64,000 bases of DNA from a virus: the IMG/VR virus record IMGVR_UViG_3300027503_000009, one strand, 5' to 3'. Both the position numbers and the translations under genes were made by a program. Positions 8,185-18,508 of this stretch are shown here, one piece after another. The notes under the pieces are model-generated. The model saw only the letters and a list, made by a program, of their open reading frames with translations, did not search any database and was not told the origin of the DNA. Position 1 is the first letter of the stretch; each line of letters begins with the position of its first letter.

Positions 8185-11100
8185 TTATTTATCAATTGCG
8201 AAGTCATGAACAAAATCCAAACCAAAATGTTCATTTAGAAAACGCATCATTTTTTCCATATCTATCTTTAATCGTTTTCCAGTTCTTGTATCTACAGAAT
8301 CATAAATCCATTCATTAGTTTCTCTGTCGTGTGGTGAAATTAGTGTTGCGTTTCCAGAAGCATCCATAACATAACATTCACCACTAGAAGAGTATATTGA
8401 AATTCCATTTGATAATGTTCCGGCAGGTGCAGTTCCATTAAATATATCTAGATGATTTGTTCCTGTTGTAGTTGCACGTTGATGGGTTCCGCCTATTTTA
8501 ACATTTCCTGAATCATCTATACGCATTCTTTCTGTTGCAGCAGTATATAATTCAACAGTTCCACCAGTACCTTGAAGTTGACCCATACGCAAAGAAGTGT
8601 TATTTCTTATGCTAAATATTCTACCAACATCAGCAGTACTTACGTCTATATAAAGACCAACAGTTGCATCGTCTGGATTATTAAATACTATTTCTCCACC
8701 TTCACCACCAGTTGCCAATTGTGTGGTGACTCCTTTCACATTAAGAGTTGTTGCTAGGGTTGTTGTTCCAATACCGACATTCCCAGAAGAACTGATTCTC
8801 ATTCTTTCAGTAAGAGTATTTGCTGTTGAACCAGTACTTCCTGCTGATGCTGTTTGGAAAATTAACACTCCACTTCCACCAGTACCAGTACCATTACCAG
8901 CAGCAATAGTTAAGTTAGAACCAGCAGCATCTGTTCCTGTTCTAGCTGGACCTCTTAAAGTAGCTGCTGTAGTTGTAGCACTAGCTTCGCCAGAACCAAG
9001 AATAATATCTCCTGTTGAATTAATACGCATTCTTTCGAAAGGAGAACTATTTGCTTTTGTATAAAACAATAATTCTCCACCAGAGAGTGTTCCAGTACTG
9101 TTTTGTATAGCAGTTATTCCAGCAACATTGTAGTGTGCATCGTTTTGACCAAGACTTCTACTAAAAAATATTCCACCCAAAACTGCACCAGATGTATTTA
9201 CGCCACTCACTAAATTTAAGAAAGATTGTGTAGCATCATATATTTGTATTGTTTTTGCAGTAGTTAAAATACCTGTATAAGATGTTGTACCATTAATATA
9301 ATTCGTTCCACCACCTAGATCTAAGATAGTTGCAGGAGCCGATGTTCCAATACCAACATTTCCAGCAGAACTAATGCGGAATCTTTCAGTAAGAGTATTT
9401 GCTGTTGAACCGCTACTTCCGGCAGGTGCAGTTTGAAAAACAAGTGCGCCACTTCCACCAGTACCAGTACCATTACCAGCAGCAATAGTTAAGTTAGAAC
9501 CAGTTAAATTGGTTCCTGTCATGTTTGGTCCTCGAACTAAGTTCGAACTTGCTGATCCGCCACCTTCACCAAAACCTAAAATAATATTACCATTTAGATC
9601 AATTCTCATTCTTTCAGTTAAAGAAGATCCGTTACTAGTATAAAATGATAATGTCCTTGTTATAGCAGGATTTCCTATAGCTGATCCAGATGCAGCAATA
9701 GTTCCAGATCCTGAATTATTAAATCCTATTCCAGCCGATCCACTAGCTATCAAATCTCTAGAAGCTCTCCAGCGAGGATTGACTTCAGTTGAGAAATATT
9801 CTTCAATTTGTGCACCAGAAACTAATTGTATTCTAGTATTATTAAAAGTTCCGGCAACAATAGTACCATTAACTTCTAATTTTACTCCTGGTGAAACTGT
9901 ACCAATACCAACACGATCATTTGTTTGATCTACATATAATGTATTTGTATCTACTGTTAAAGCAGCAGCAGTTAATCTAGTTCCATCAAATGTTAAATTT
10001 GCTGATCCAGCAGTTGTTCCGGATGAATTATATAGAACTTGTGTATTAGAACCACCAATTGGTCCGGTGGCACCTGTAAATCCTGTTGCACCTTGTAATC
10101 CAGTTGCTCCAATGAAACCTGTGGCACCTTGTAATCCAGAACCAGTTGCACCAATGAAACCTGTGGCACCAATGAAACCAGTTGCACCAATAAATCCGGT
10201 AGCTCCAGTGAATCCAGTTGCACCTTGTAATCCAGAACCAGTTGCACCAATGAAACCTGTGGCACCAATGAAACCAGTTGCACCTTGTAATCCAGAACCA
10301 GTTGCACCAATGAAACCTGTGGCACCAATGAAACCAGTTGCACCAATGAAACCTGTGGCACCTTGTAATCCAGAACCAGTTGCACCAATAAATCCGGTAG
10401 CTCCAGTGAATCCAGTTGCACCAATGAATCCGGTAGCTCCAGTGAAACCTGTGGCACCTTGTAATCCAGAACCAGTTGCACCAATGAAACCTGTGGCACC
10501 AATGAATCCGGTAGCTCCAGTGAAACCTGTGGCACCAATGAATCCTGTGGCACCTGTGAATCCAGTAGCACCAATGAATCCTGTCGCACCTGTTAATCCA
10601 GTAACACCATGTAATCCTGTGGCACCCGTAAAACCAGTAGCACCTGTGAATCCAGTAGCACCAATTATTGTTGAACTTGGTGTTCCCGCAGAATTAATAT
10701 CAAATAATTTCCAATTTCCACTATCAAAAATTAAAACAATAACATCATTATCTACAATATAAGTATTATCAATAATAATAAATGATGAACTTTCAACTAA
10801 ATCTGAACCAGATGCTAATATTTTAAATCCAGTTCCTGTAGAATAATCAACAGCGATATATATCGCTGCACTAGTATACCCAGAAGGTAATGTGACTACA
10901 AGATTAGTTGGTGTATTATTACCATAAACAATATATCTTTTATTATATTGTGCTGTAAATGAAGTTGTTTGTTTTACCCAGTTAAAATATTCAGAACCCA
11001 ACGCTGCTGTTGTTTGTATTGTATTGTCTGAAAATTTAATTCCCTGAGATGAAGTAGTTATAAATCCGCCCGTACAAGTTAATCCTTGTTGAGCAGTTAA

Positions 11101-11262
11101 TAATTTATGTGAAGTTAAACCACTAGAATTTGCAGTTGCGATATCTTCAGATGAAATTTCTTCTGTTTCAGCATTAACAATACTTCTAGTTGTTTCTGGT
11201 AAAACATCAGGTTCAACTTCAGGTAAATTTTCTTCTGGATTTACAATATAAATTTCTGACAT
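8185..11262 (-). CDS. fibre protein with Gly-X-Y collagen-like tract and ERMRI...GNVGIGT beta repeats
   Basis: About 200 aa of GAT/GFI/GFT triplets; several ERMRI[10 protein letters not shown] tail-fibre repeats; own late promoter. Confidence 0.85.
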   Translation of the reverse strand: MSEIYIVNPEENLPEVEPDVLPETTRSIVNAETEEISSEDIATANSSGLTSHKLLTAQQGLTCTGGFITTSSQGIKFSDNTIQTTAALGSEYFNWVKQTTSFTAQYNKRYIVYGNNTPTNLVVTLPSGYTSAAIYIAVDYSTGTGFKILASGSDLVESSSFIIIDNTYIVDNDVIVLIFDSGNWKLFDINSAGTPSSTIIGATGFTGATGFTGATGLHGVTGLTGATGFIGATGFTGATGFIGATGFTGATGFIGATGFIGATGSGLQGATGFTGATGFIGATGFTGATGFIGATGSGLQGATGFIGATGFIGATGFIGATGSGLQGATGFIGATGFIGATGSGLQGATGFTGATGFIGATGFIGATGFIGATGSGLQGATGFIGATGLQGATGFTGATGPIGGSNTQVLYNSSGTTAGSANLTFDGTRLTAAALTVDTNTLYVDQTNDRVGIGTVSPGVKLEVNGTIVAGTFNNTRIQLVSGAQIEEYFSTEVNPRWRASRDLIASGSAGIGFNNSGSGTIAASGSAIGNPAITRTLSFYTSNGSSLTERMRIDLNGNIILGFGEGGGSASSNLVRGPNMTGTNLTGSNLTIAAGNGTGTGGSGALVFQTAPAGSSGSTANTLTERFRISSAGNVGIGTSAPATILDLGGGTNYINGTTSYTGILTTAKTIQIYDATQSFLNLVSGVNTSGAVLGGIFFSRSLGQNDAHYNVAGITAIQNSTGTLSGGELLFYTKANSSPFERMRINSTGDIILGSGEASATTTAATLRGPARTGTDAAGSNLTIAAGNGTGTGGSGVLIFQTASAGSTGSTANTLTERMRISSSGNVGIGTTTLATTLNVKGVTTQLATGGEGGEIVFNNPDDATVGLYIDVSTADVGRIFSIRNNTSLRMGQLQGTGGTVELYTAATERMRIDDSGNVKIGGTHQRATTTGTNHLDIFNGTAPAGTLSNGISIYSSSGECYVMDASGNATLISPHDRETNEWIYDSVDTRTGKRLKIDMEKMMRFLNEHFGLDFVHDFAIDK
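8870..9503. repeat. 55 bp exact direct repeat (8870-8924 and 9449-9503) inside a duplicated ~80 aa fibre module
   Basis: ccacttccaccagtaccagtaccattaccagcagcaatagttaagttagaaccag occurs twice, 579 nt apart; encodes [18 protein letters not shown]. Confidence 0.85.
10052..10662 (-). repeat. collagen-like 9/18-nt tandem repeat (GAT-GF[I/T])
   Basis: Direct reading of repeated ccagttgcaccaatgaaa-type units. Confidence 0.9.
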
Positions 11263-11269
11263 ATTTAAT

Positions 11270-11277
11270 TATTTATA
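11270..11277 (-). promoter_or_regulatory. T4-type late promoter TATAAATA
   Basis: Exact match 7 nt before ATG of the 1025 aa fibre gene. Confidence 0.75.
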
Positions 11278-12169
11278 ATAAAAAATCAACCCATTTATCA
11301 ATATGAAATTTCCAATCATAATTTTGTCTAGCATATTCTTGAATATCCAAACATTTATTTTTATATTCTTTCGGATTATCAGCATAATAATTCAATAAAC
11401 TGACAGTTTCTGTTATAAAATAATTTGGGTCAATACTAACAACATGACCACCACCAGCAGGACCATTTTTTTCAAAATAACCAACTGGTGTACTAATACA
11501 TAATTTACCAGCAGCAGCGGCTTCTAACATAGGAAGTCCCGCACCTTCTTCTGTTGAAGCAGTTATAATACAATCAACGCTTTTATAAAAATTAGGCATT
11601 GAAAGATAGTGATAAAAATTATGTTTCTTAAAAGTTAGTCCAGTATATTTAACAGCTTGCTCAACAAGTGCGCCTCTTTTTATTTCTTGTCCAAAAAAGT
11701 TTTGTGTTGAATATGCTCCAGCCATAGCAACTGTGGATAATTTTTCGGAGGGTTTTGAATAAAATCTATCAAAATGAATTCCAAACGGAACAACATGTGA
11801 TTTTACTGGAACACCAAATTCAATAGATTTCTTATCTAATATCTCAGATACAGTTCCATATTTTGCAATTTTATTAAAAATATCTAACCCCATTTGTTGT
11901 CTTGCTAATAAAATATCCCATTGTCCATGAGCAACTGCAATAATTTTTTGTAATGGTATTTGATAATTTAATAAGAAACCAATACCAACTGGAGTTGTAA
12001 CAAAATAATCAGTTGAATCAGAAATTTTTAACATTTCGTCAATTTGATATTGACGTTCCCAATCTAATACTTCAGCATTAATACCAAATCGGTACAATTC
12101 TTTACAAAGTGAATTGTGAATTGTACCAAATGCCCATTTATTTTCTGTAAAAAATATTATATTTCTCAT
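11273..12169 (-). CDS. glycosyltransferase, GT-B fold (GT4-like)
   Basis: C-terminal EX7E motif EGAGLPMLEAAAAG..ISTPVG and terminal YDW helix. Confidence 0.85.
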   Translation of the reverse strand: MRNIIFFTENKWAFGTIHNSLCKELYRFGINAEVLDWERQYQIDEMLKISDSTDYFVTTPVGIGFLLNYQIPLQKIIAVAHGQWDILLARQQMGLDIFNKIAKYGTVSEILDKKSIEFGVPVKSHVVPFGIHFDRFYSKPSEKLSTVAMAGAYSTQNFFGQEIKRGALVEQAVKYTGLTFKKHNFYHYLSMPNFYKSVDCIITASTEEGAGLPMLEAAAAGKLCISTPVGYFEKNGPAGGGHVVSIDPNYFITETVSLLNYYADNPKEYKNKCLDIQEYARQNYDWKFHIDKWVDFLL

Positions 12170-12172
12170 AAT

Positions 12173-12919
12173 TTATTTTCCTAATTCATGAAGAAACTTA
12201 AACCCTTTTTGTCTTAAATAATCAGTGTATTCAAACATCTTAGGAACTCCACCTGTACATCCGATAGCAACTTCATCACAACCTAATTCCCAACCTTTTA
12301 AACTTCCCCACATTTCTTTATTACTTTTTGGATGTGGAGGAACATATGTTCCTAAGTCTGTATATTTTTGTAAAACATATGAAAAGTGCATATCTTCACC
12401 AACAATAAAATTGTGATCTATTGGTGGTAATTCTCTACAAAAAACTGATAATAAATCCCTGTGGAAAAACCAATTATGTCCAACAATATCTACACGTTCT
12501 ACTTGTTCATTATTATTTCCATCCCAACCATAACGATCAGTCATTTGATATTCATAAGAACTATTTGGAAATTTAATTCCAATTGCTCCAAGCAAACCTG
12601 GATGTTTTTCGTATGTATTTAAACAATTTTCAATCCACTGTGTTCCTGGGATTGTATCATCATCTAATATACAAACATAATTTGTTCTAGCATTTAATGC
12701 ATAATAAAATCTAGCCCAAACACCAAAATTAACTGATGCATATGATGATATGCAATAATTGGTTGATGTTTGCATATCATAATGAACATTTGGCATTGAA
12801 TTTTGCCAATAAAAAATATCTTTTACTTTAACTGTTTGTGTTAAAGCTGCATCTACTTGTTTTTTCAAATTTTGAGGTCTTTTATAACCATTCAAAATTA
12901 CAGTAACATCATTATTCAT
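12173..12919 (-). CDS. glycosyltransferase, GT-A fold (GT2/GT64-like)
   Basis: N-terminal VTVILNGYKRP, DXD motif CILDDDTIPG, GEDMHFSY. Confidence 0.8.
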   Translation of the reverse strand: MNNDVTVILNGYKRPQNLKKQVDAALTQTVKVKDIFYWQNSMPNVHYDMQTSTNYCISSYASVNFGVWARFYYALNARTNYVCILDDDTIPGTQWIENCLNTYEKHPGLLGAIGIKFPNSSYEYQMTDRYGWDGNNNEQVERVDIVGHNWFFHRDLLSVFCRELPPIDHNFIVGEDMHFSYVLQKYTDLGTYVPPHPKSNKEMWGSLKGWELGCDEVAIGCTGGVPKMFEYTDYLRQKGFKFLHELGK

Positions 12920-12920
12920 A

Positions 12921-13643
12921 TTATCCCCAATAACAAATCTTTTTATTATCTGAATGATCTAAAATATAGTAACCACGAATATTTAAATCTGATTGTAGCC
13001 AAGGATGTAAAGTTGAACCTATATCTAAATAAGTATTGTTTTTATTTACTTCCCATAATTGTTGTGCTAATATTTTACCCAAAGGACCACAAGCAAATAA
13101 ATATAATTTATTTTCTGTTTTCCAATTTTTTAATTCATCAACTAAATTTATATTTTCAACCCAAGCATTATATTTAACCGGAATAAATGCTTCTCCAGAA
13201 AAAGGTAAATTATTTACTTTAGATTTTTCATTAGCAACTAATATTATATTTCTTTTTTTGAATAGTTCAATGTAATTGTTTATGAAATATTGATAATTTG
13301 AATTCACAAATATATTAGCATAGGTTAAATTTTCATCACTTTGATCTGATAATTTTTTCATATTATTAAAATTATTATATCCTTGACAACAAGGACAAAC
13401 TATACCAACATAATAATTAGGATCTTTATAGGTGAAAGATTTATGTAATAAATTTCTAGCTAAATCATATCTATCATCAAAACCATTTGTAGACCATTCA
13501 CCATAACCAGAAGAAATACATTCTCCTCTCATAGCAATCATTTCACCATCACCAAATCTAGCTAAAGAAAAATTTTTATTTGACTGTAACATCCATAAAA
13601 ATTTTTGTATTTCTTCTTTAAAATTTTTCACAACATACTCCAT
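12921..13643 (-). CDS. GT-D fold glycosyltransferase (DUF1792-like)
   Basis: Signature SLARFGDGE near N-terminus, ACGPLGKIL and YLDIGS near C-terminus. Confidence 0.8.
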   Translation of the reverse strand: MEYVVKNFKEEIQKFLWMLQSNKNFSLARFGDGEMIAMRGECISSGYGEWSTNGFDDRYDLARNLLHKSFTYKDPNYYVGIVCPCCQGYNNFNNMKKLSDQSDENLTYANIFVNSNYQYFINNYIELFKKRNIILVANEKSKVNNLPFSGEAFIPVKYNAWVENINLVDELKNWKTENKLYLFACGPLGKILAQQLWEVNKNNTYLDIGSTLHPWLQSDLNIRGYYILDHSDNKKICYWG

Positions 13644-13644
13644 A

Positions 13645-14211
13645 TTATTTTTTAATTATTAAAATACCAACATTTAATCCATCAAACCAAGGTGCACCTG
13701 AACCAATAATTCTATTTTCATAATTTTTATATGATATTTTTTGTCTTAAATAATCTTCAATATTATTTAATTGTAGTCCAGGAATATCAAATGTTATAAT
13801 AACATATCCATCTTTTTTAACTTGTTTTATCAGATTAGATAAATGATGTACATGATCACCGGGAATTTCCTCTAGTGCAGAAACATTTAAAATAACATCA
13901 AAAGATTCTTTGAAGTTATCATCTGGTTCTTTTGTTATATCATGTATACAAGTGTTATCTATTCTACTATAAAGAATGTCAGAATTAGTAACATATTCTC
14001 GACCAAACTTTTTTTCTAATTCATTCTTAAATCTCTGATGATGTTCTAAATCAAATCCCCAAGAAGAATTATGAATTTTTGGATTATTTGGTAATTCCAA
14101 ATTGTTTAAAATATTTAATAATGTTGGATATTCATACTTTCTAGACCAATGTGGATAAGTATCATCAAAAACATCATTTTTATTTACATATCTAAAATCA
14201 ATTATTTTCAT
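13645..14211 (-). CDS. class I SAM-dependent methyltransferase-like protein
   Basis: WSRKYEYP, FDVILNVSALEEI, VKKDGYVIITFD motifs; motif I is degenerate. Confidence 0.6.
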   Translation of the reverse strand: MKIIDFRYVNKNDVFDDTYPHWSRKYEYPTLLNILNNLELPNNPKIHNSSWGFDLEHHQRFKNELEKKFGREYVTNSDILYSRIDNTCIHDITKEPDDNFKESFDVILNVSALEEIPGDHVHHLSNLIKQVKKDGYVIITFDIPGLQLNNIEDYLRQKISYKNYENRIIGSGAPWFDGLNVGILIIKK

Positions 14212-14842
14212 ATAAATTTATTTCTGGATAATGTGAACTAATTTTATTAGTTTCTGGTCCATCATAGTATTTTTCAATTGGTTTACCTAAAATACTAACA
14301 AACGGATCAGATTCAAGATATATTGGCCTATATGTTTCTTTAGGAAAATCTAAATCTATATTAACTACTTTTTCAGAAAAAGAAGTTATAAAACTATATT
14401 TTGATTTTTCTTTTGTTAAGGATACACTTTCTGTCGCATACTGTAAAGGAAGATGTTCTAGTGTATGTCTGATTATTATTAAATCAAATTTATAATCTAT
14501 ATTTTTTAAATATGTATTCATATCAGAACATATAAATTTTATATTATCTTTAGAATAATTTTTATTATTGTAATCTATAGCTTCTTGTACGCAGTCTAAT
14601 CCAATATAATTAGGAAGACTGTCTGAAATAGTTCTCATCCAATTCCAATCTCCACAAGAACAATCTAATATTGTATTGATATTTTTTTCTGAAATAAATT
14701 TTAAAAGTATACTTTTAAAATTGGAAGTCCATTCTAATGTACTACCTAATCCAGATCTAGATTCATTTTGTCCCATATACCAACTAAAATCTTTATATAT
14801 AGTTGTGAAAGTTTCATTTATATTATCAATAAGTTTTTCCAT
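14198..14842 (-). CDS. class I SAM-dependent methyltransferase
   Basis: ESRSGLGS, ILDCSCGDWNWM (motif I), YIGLD, FDLIIIRHTLEHL. Confidence 0.8.
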   Translation of the reverse strand: MEKLIDNINETFTTIYKDFSWYMGQNESRSGLGSTLEWTSNFKSILLKFISEKNINTILDCSCGDWNWMRTISDSLPNYIGLDCVQEAIDYNNKNYSKDNIKFICSDMNTYLKNIDYKFDLIIIRHTLEHLPLQYATESVSLTKEKSKYSFITSFSEKVVNIDLDFPKETYRPIYLESDPFVSILGKPIEKYYDGPETNKISSHYPEINLYENN

Positions 14843-14848
14843 AAAAAA

Positions 14849-16003
14849 TTAATTAATCCCTTTTGGATAATATCTATTTAGCCATTCCAAATCAGTTCTT
14901 TCTGTATGTCTTTGATACCATCCGTCATTAGTATAAACATCCCAAACCATTTGAAAATATTCTTCATACATTTTTCCAACTCTATCTAAGGTGAAATTAT
15001 TCATAGCCCAATCATAACAATTTTTAGGATTGATTTTATCAATATTTTCAGCAGCCCAACAGAAATGATCAAATGTACGACAACGATAACCAGTTACACC
15101 ATGTAGATTATTTTCTGCATGTGAACCCCAATCAGTTGTTATAATCGGACAACCAGCAAATAATGCTTCAATTGAAGCACCACCAAAAGGTTCATTGTAC
15201 ATTGAAGGTAAAAAGAATCCTTTTGCTTTAGACAACATTTCTTTTCGTTGTTCTGAATTTAAATAACCAACTTTTTCTATTTGTCCAGGAATTTCTTTAT
15301 AACCATATTCTTCTAAAGAACCTTGACCAGCAATTTTTAATTTAAGTCCCAATTTCTGACAAACTTGATATGCAATGTCAATTCCTTTTCCTGGATAAAC
15401 TCTACCCATGAATAGGAAATAATCATCTTTTTCTTGTGAAAATGTAAATTCTTCGGGATCAAAATAATTAGGAATTACTGAATGATACCAATCTTCTTGA
15501 CAATTGGTGACTGAATTTGGTCCTCCAACCGCTGATCTTATTGCATAAGATTCAAAAATTCTATACTTAGCAAAATGACCAGTTCCATAACCAATTCCGG
15601 GTTCAACAACAATCATATCGGGATGTGCATCACAAACTGGTTTATGTCCTAATCCCCAGAAGGGCAAAATAAAATCTAAAGGTTGTTTGCGTTTTTGAAT
15701 TTCTCTGATAGTATTAGTATAAAATGTTCTGTAAGCGTGATCACCCATATCAAACTTAAAGAAGTTCTTACGCCAATCGTAATTACCGTAAGCAATTTCT
15801 AGATCTTTATTTGTTGTAACTGTGACATGTTCATCACAAATTAAATTAGAATCTTCATGACCATAATGAATAATATGATGGCCTCTAGCCTTCATCATTT
15901 TTCCAAATTTGAGAACCTTCTGCGTATAAGCACAACCCGTGTATTCTGAATTAGTTACAGTATGAGGAAGCCCCAAAATGTGAAATCTGTATTTTTGACT
16001 CAT
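14849..16003 (-). CDS. glycosyltransferase, GT-B fold (GT4-like)
   Basis: FLFMGRVYPGKG, EX7E motif EPFGGASIEALFAGCPIITTDWG; start moved to ATG 16003 (GGAGA SD upstream). Confidence 0.88.
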   Translation of the reverse strand: MSQKYRFHILGLPHTVTNSEYTGCAYTQKVLKFGKMMKARGHHIIHYGHEDSNLICDEHVTVTTNKDLEIAYGNYDWRKNFFKFDMGDHAYRTFYTNTIREIQKRKQPLDFILPFWGLGHKPVCDAHPDMIVVEPGIGYGTGHFAKYRIFESYAIRSAVGGPNSVTNCQEDWYHSVIPNYFDPEEFTFSQEKDDYFLFMGRVYPGKGIDIAYQVCQKLGLKLKIAGQGSLEEYGYKEIPGQIEKVGYLNSEQRKEMLSKAKGFFLPSMYNEPFGGASIEALFAGCPIITTDWGSHAENNLHGVTGYRCRTFDHFCWAAENIDKINPKNCYDWAMNNFTLDRVGKMYEEYFQMVWDVYTNDGWYQRHTERTDLEWLNRYYPKGIN

Positions 16004-16038
16004 TATATTTTCTCCATTCAACTATTATAAGTTAAACA

Positions 16039-16046
16039 TATTTATA
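16039..16046 (-). promoter_or_regulatory. T4-type late promoter TATAAATA heading the glycosylation cassette
   Basis: Exact match immediately upstream of the first GT of six tightly packed enzyme genes. Confidence 0.8.
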
Positions 16047-18323
16047 TTACAAATAAGAATAGTATGTTGGTCCGCCCCCGCCTCCACTAGCCAATGAAAC
16101 ATCAAAAGTATTTCCTGCAACTTGCTCAACAGATACTCCCTTATATGTAGAAGATTCATATGCAAAAACGAAGACTGGAATTGTATTATCATACCAAGTC
16201 ATTGAATATGATCCATTCCCTGTTCTTGAAGTAGATGCTATTTTTTCACCATTATCTGTTCTATAAGCTTCAATATTAACTGTACCACCATTTGATCCTG
16301 ATATTGTTCCAGATATAGTGTATGATATAGTATGATAAGTTAAATTCGTATTCATAAAATTACCAATATTTAATACAAATTTTTGATTATAATAGATTCT
16401 ATTGTCTTGTCCTAATGCAAATCTAGGTTGTCTTATATCTGTTGGGTATTGTTTCCAAAAGTTTGTAGTATTATACCATGAATATATAGTTCCCGCCTCA
16501 GCATCTGAGTTATAATAATTTATATCTACCAAAGTTCTCAATGCAGTTGAATTTGTACCATCTTGTAAAAGACCAAGAGTAGTTATATAAAATGGAAATT
16601 GTGATACAGTAGATCCAGTAATTGTATATAAGTCTAAGCCACTATTAGTTAAAAAATAATTCGTTTCTGGTATATCTTCACGGACAGTACCAAGAGACGA
16701 TCCAAATGGAGATACTGGTGTAAATGTAGAACTTAAAGTACTGGTAGATATTGAGTTACTATAATCTATAGTAGTAAATTTTACTGTATGATTATGAGCA
16801 CCATCACCATCAGAATGTTTCCCGCTAGTGTAATTTAAAAATACTACACCAGTAACTGAGTCTGTACCAACTGACGGTTTAGCTTCAATTATTAATGTAT
16901 TTAATCCTCTCGATAAAGTTATACCAGCAGTAGAACCTGTTTCACCAGAATCAATTCTTCTTCCTATAACAAAAGAACCGACTCTATTACCACCACCTGC
17001 ATGTGTATAAGTTCTATCTGCTTGTGAACCGACTGCCATAACTAATGATAAGGCTGCACCATCCATTGTTGACATTAATAAACCAGATTGAACTAATGAA
17101 ATTGTTGTTGGTTCTTGAATAAAGAAATCAACTACAAAATTATTTCCAATAAGTCCAGATCGGCCAGATGTCGATTCTGAACTACCAAAAGGAATTTCTA
17201 AACTGTTAATTATACTGGTACTCGATGAATGATCATACTCATATGTTACAACTAAAACACCACACATACAAGGCATAGTGATTGATGTCACGTTACTTAC
17301 TCTGGCAGTAATAGAACTAGTTGCATTTGTTGCTAATATAGATGTAATTTCATCTATTCTCTTAAAAGATCTATCTGTAGATAATGCCATATTATAAGCA
17401 AGACTTGCGGCATCAGTTCCACTAAATGTTAATGTACATGTTGCGTTGGTTGTGTTTCCTGTACCAGTATTGCCCATATGACTATATGATTCAAAAAATA
17501 TGTTTCTAAAAGTTTTAGAAGCTTCTGGTAAAAATGTACTTAGATTTGGAACTTGATTTGCGGCACCAATATTTGATGCAGTAGTTGTTAAATTTCCAGT
17601 ATTACCATCAATTGGTATTTTTACTGTTTTAATTCTGGTTGTTGTCGCAACACTATCTTCATATTCATAAGTTATAACAATTTTTGCACTAGTGTTATTT
17701 GTAGCTAATCCAGTTAAATTGATTCTAGCTGTACTAGCCATAGTTGTGGCGTTAGCTGTCCAATTTTGATTAAAATAATTTCTAAAATCACATATAAACG
17801 TCCAAGATTGGTGTTCTCCTGAATTAGTTAGTACACTTGTATTAGAAAAAGTACCAATTGCTATAGCACCCAATGTTAAACCTAAAGTAACATCAGTGAC
17901 ATTTGCGGCGGTGGCGGCATTATCTACTGAACTAACTTCAAGAAAAGCATTTTTAAATACTATATCATAAATTGTGCAGTTTATATCTGTCGTTGAATTT
18001 GTTAATGTAGAAGTCGCTCCATCAAAAGAAGCACTTACAGTAATAGTTGTAGTTGAAGGAACAGATTTAACCCAATATGTCGTTCCTGATGTTAATCCAC
18101 CGCCAGTAGATGAAGGAACTAATCTATTGCCAATTCTCAAACCATGATCTGTCGTGAATGTTATTATATTACCTGTAGCTGATGTTGAATCAATTGTTTT
18201 TGACACACCTATATTTTCAGGAATATACAAATTTATTGACGTGAAATCTCTATTATTTCCTGAAGCGACGGAAGTGTTTGAAAATGGATATGCAAATTCT
18301 ACTGTTTTTTGTCTTGTAGCCAT
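16047..18323 (-). CDS. S/T-rich beta-rich putative virion/fibre-associated protein
   Basis: 758 aa; inserted HGL..G...GTTYWV small beta module near N-terminus, Ig/carboxypeptidase-regulatory-like C-terminus; in late fibre operon. Confidence 0.55.
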   Translation of the reverse strand: MATRQKTVEFAYPFSNTSVASGNNRDFTSINLYIPENIGVSKTIDSTSATGNIITFTTDHGLRIGNRLVPSSTGGGLTSGTTYWVKSVPSTTTITVSASFDGATSTLTNSTTDINCTIYDIVFKNAFLEVSSVDNAATAANVTDVTLGLTLGAIAIGTFSNTSVLTNSGEHQSWTFICDFRNYFNQNWTANATTMASTARINLTGLATNNTSAKIVITYEYEDSVATTTRIKTVKIPIDGNTGNLTTTASNIGAANQVPNLSTFLPEASKTFRNIFFESYSHMGNTGTGNTTNATCTLTFSGTDAASLAYNMALSTDRSFKRIDEITSILATNATSSITARVSNVTSITMPCMCGVLVVTYEYDHSSSTSIINSLEIPFGSSESTSGRSGLIGNNFVVDFFIQEPTTISLVQSGLLMSTMDGAALSLVMAVGSQADRTYTHAGGGNRVGSFVIGRRIDSGETGSTAGITLSRGLNTLIIEAKPSVGTDSVTGVVFLNYTSGKHSDGDGAHNHTVKFTTIDYSNSISTSTLSSTFTPVSPFGSSLGTVREDIPETNYFLTNSGLDLYTITGSTVSQFPFYITTLGLLQDGTNSTALRTLVDINYYNSDAEAGTIYSWYNTTNFWKQYPTDIRQPRFALGQDNRIYYNQKFVLNIGNFMNTNLTYHTISYTISGTISGSNGGTVNIEAYRTDNGEKIASTSRTGNGSYSMTWYDNTIPVFVFAYESSTYKGVSVEQVAGNTFDVSLASGGGGGPTYYSYL

Positions 18324-18325
18324 AA

Positions 18326-18505
18326 TTAACTCGATATATCTCTTCTTTTAACTCTTATTTGAAATAATTCATTTGTTCCATTATAATCAACTATTATTTT
18401 CCATTCTTCATCATATAAGAAACCTCTCCAAACACAATAACCAGTTCTATCTGCTACTGCCAAATCTATACATTCTGCTATTTTATTTGCTAATGGTGAA
18501 CTCAT
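18326..18505 (-). CDS. hypothetical protein, 59 aa (below ORF-track cutoff)
   Basis: Hand-translated MSSPLANKIAECIDLAVADRTGYCVWRGFLYDEEWKIIVDYNGTNELFQIRVKRRDISS; fills the gap between neighbours with 3 and 2 nt spacing. Confidence 0.7.
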   Translation of the reverse strand: MSSPLANKIAECIDLAVADRTGYCVWRGFLYDEEWKIIVDYNGTNELFQIRVKRRDISS

Positions 18506-18508
18506 ATA

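Noticed and set aside
10067-10762. Plus-strand PVAP-repeat ORF (and 9993..10589 alternative frame)
   Set aside because: Antisense or off-frame shadow of the Gly-X-Y collagen repeat; stop-free only because of the repeat
11273-16003. Interpretation as T4-like DNA glucosylation (alpha/beta-gt) genes
   Set aside because: No resemblance to T4 agt/bgt, no hydroxymethylase nearby, and late-promoter control inside the virion module; not fully excluded without nucleoside analysis
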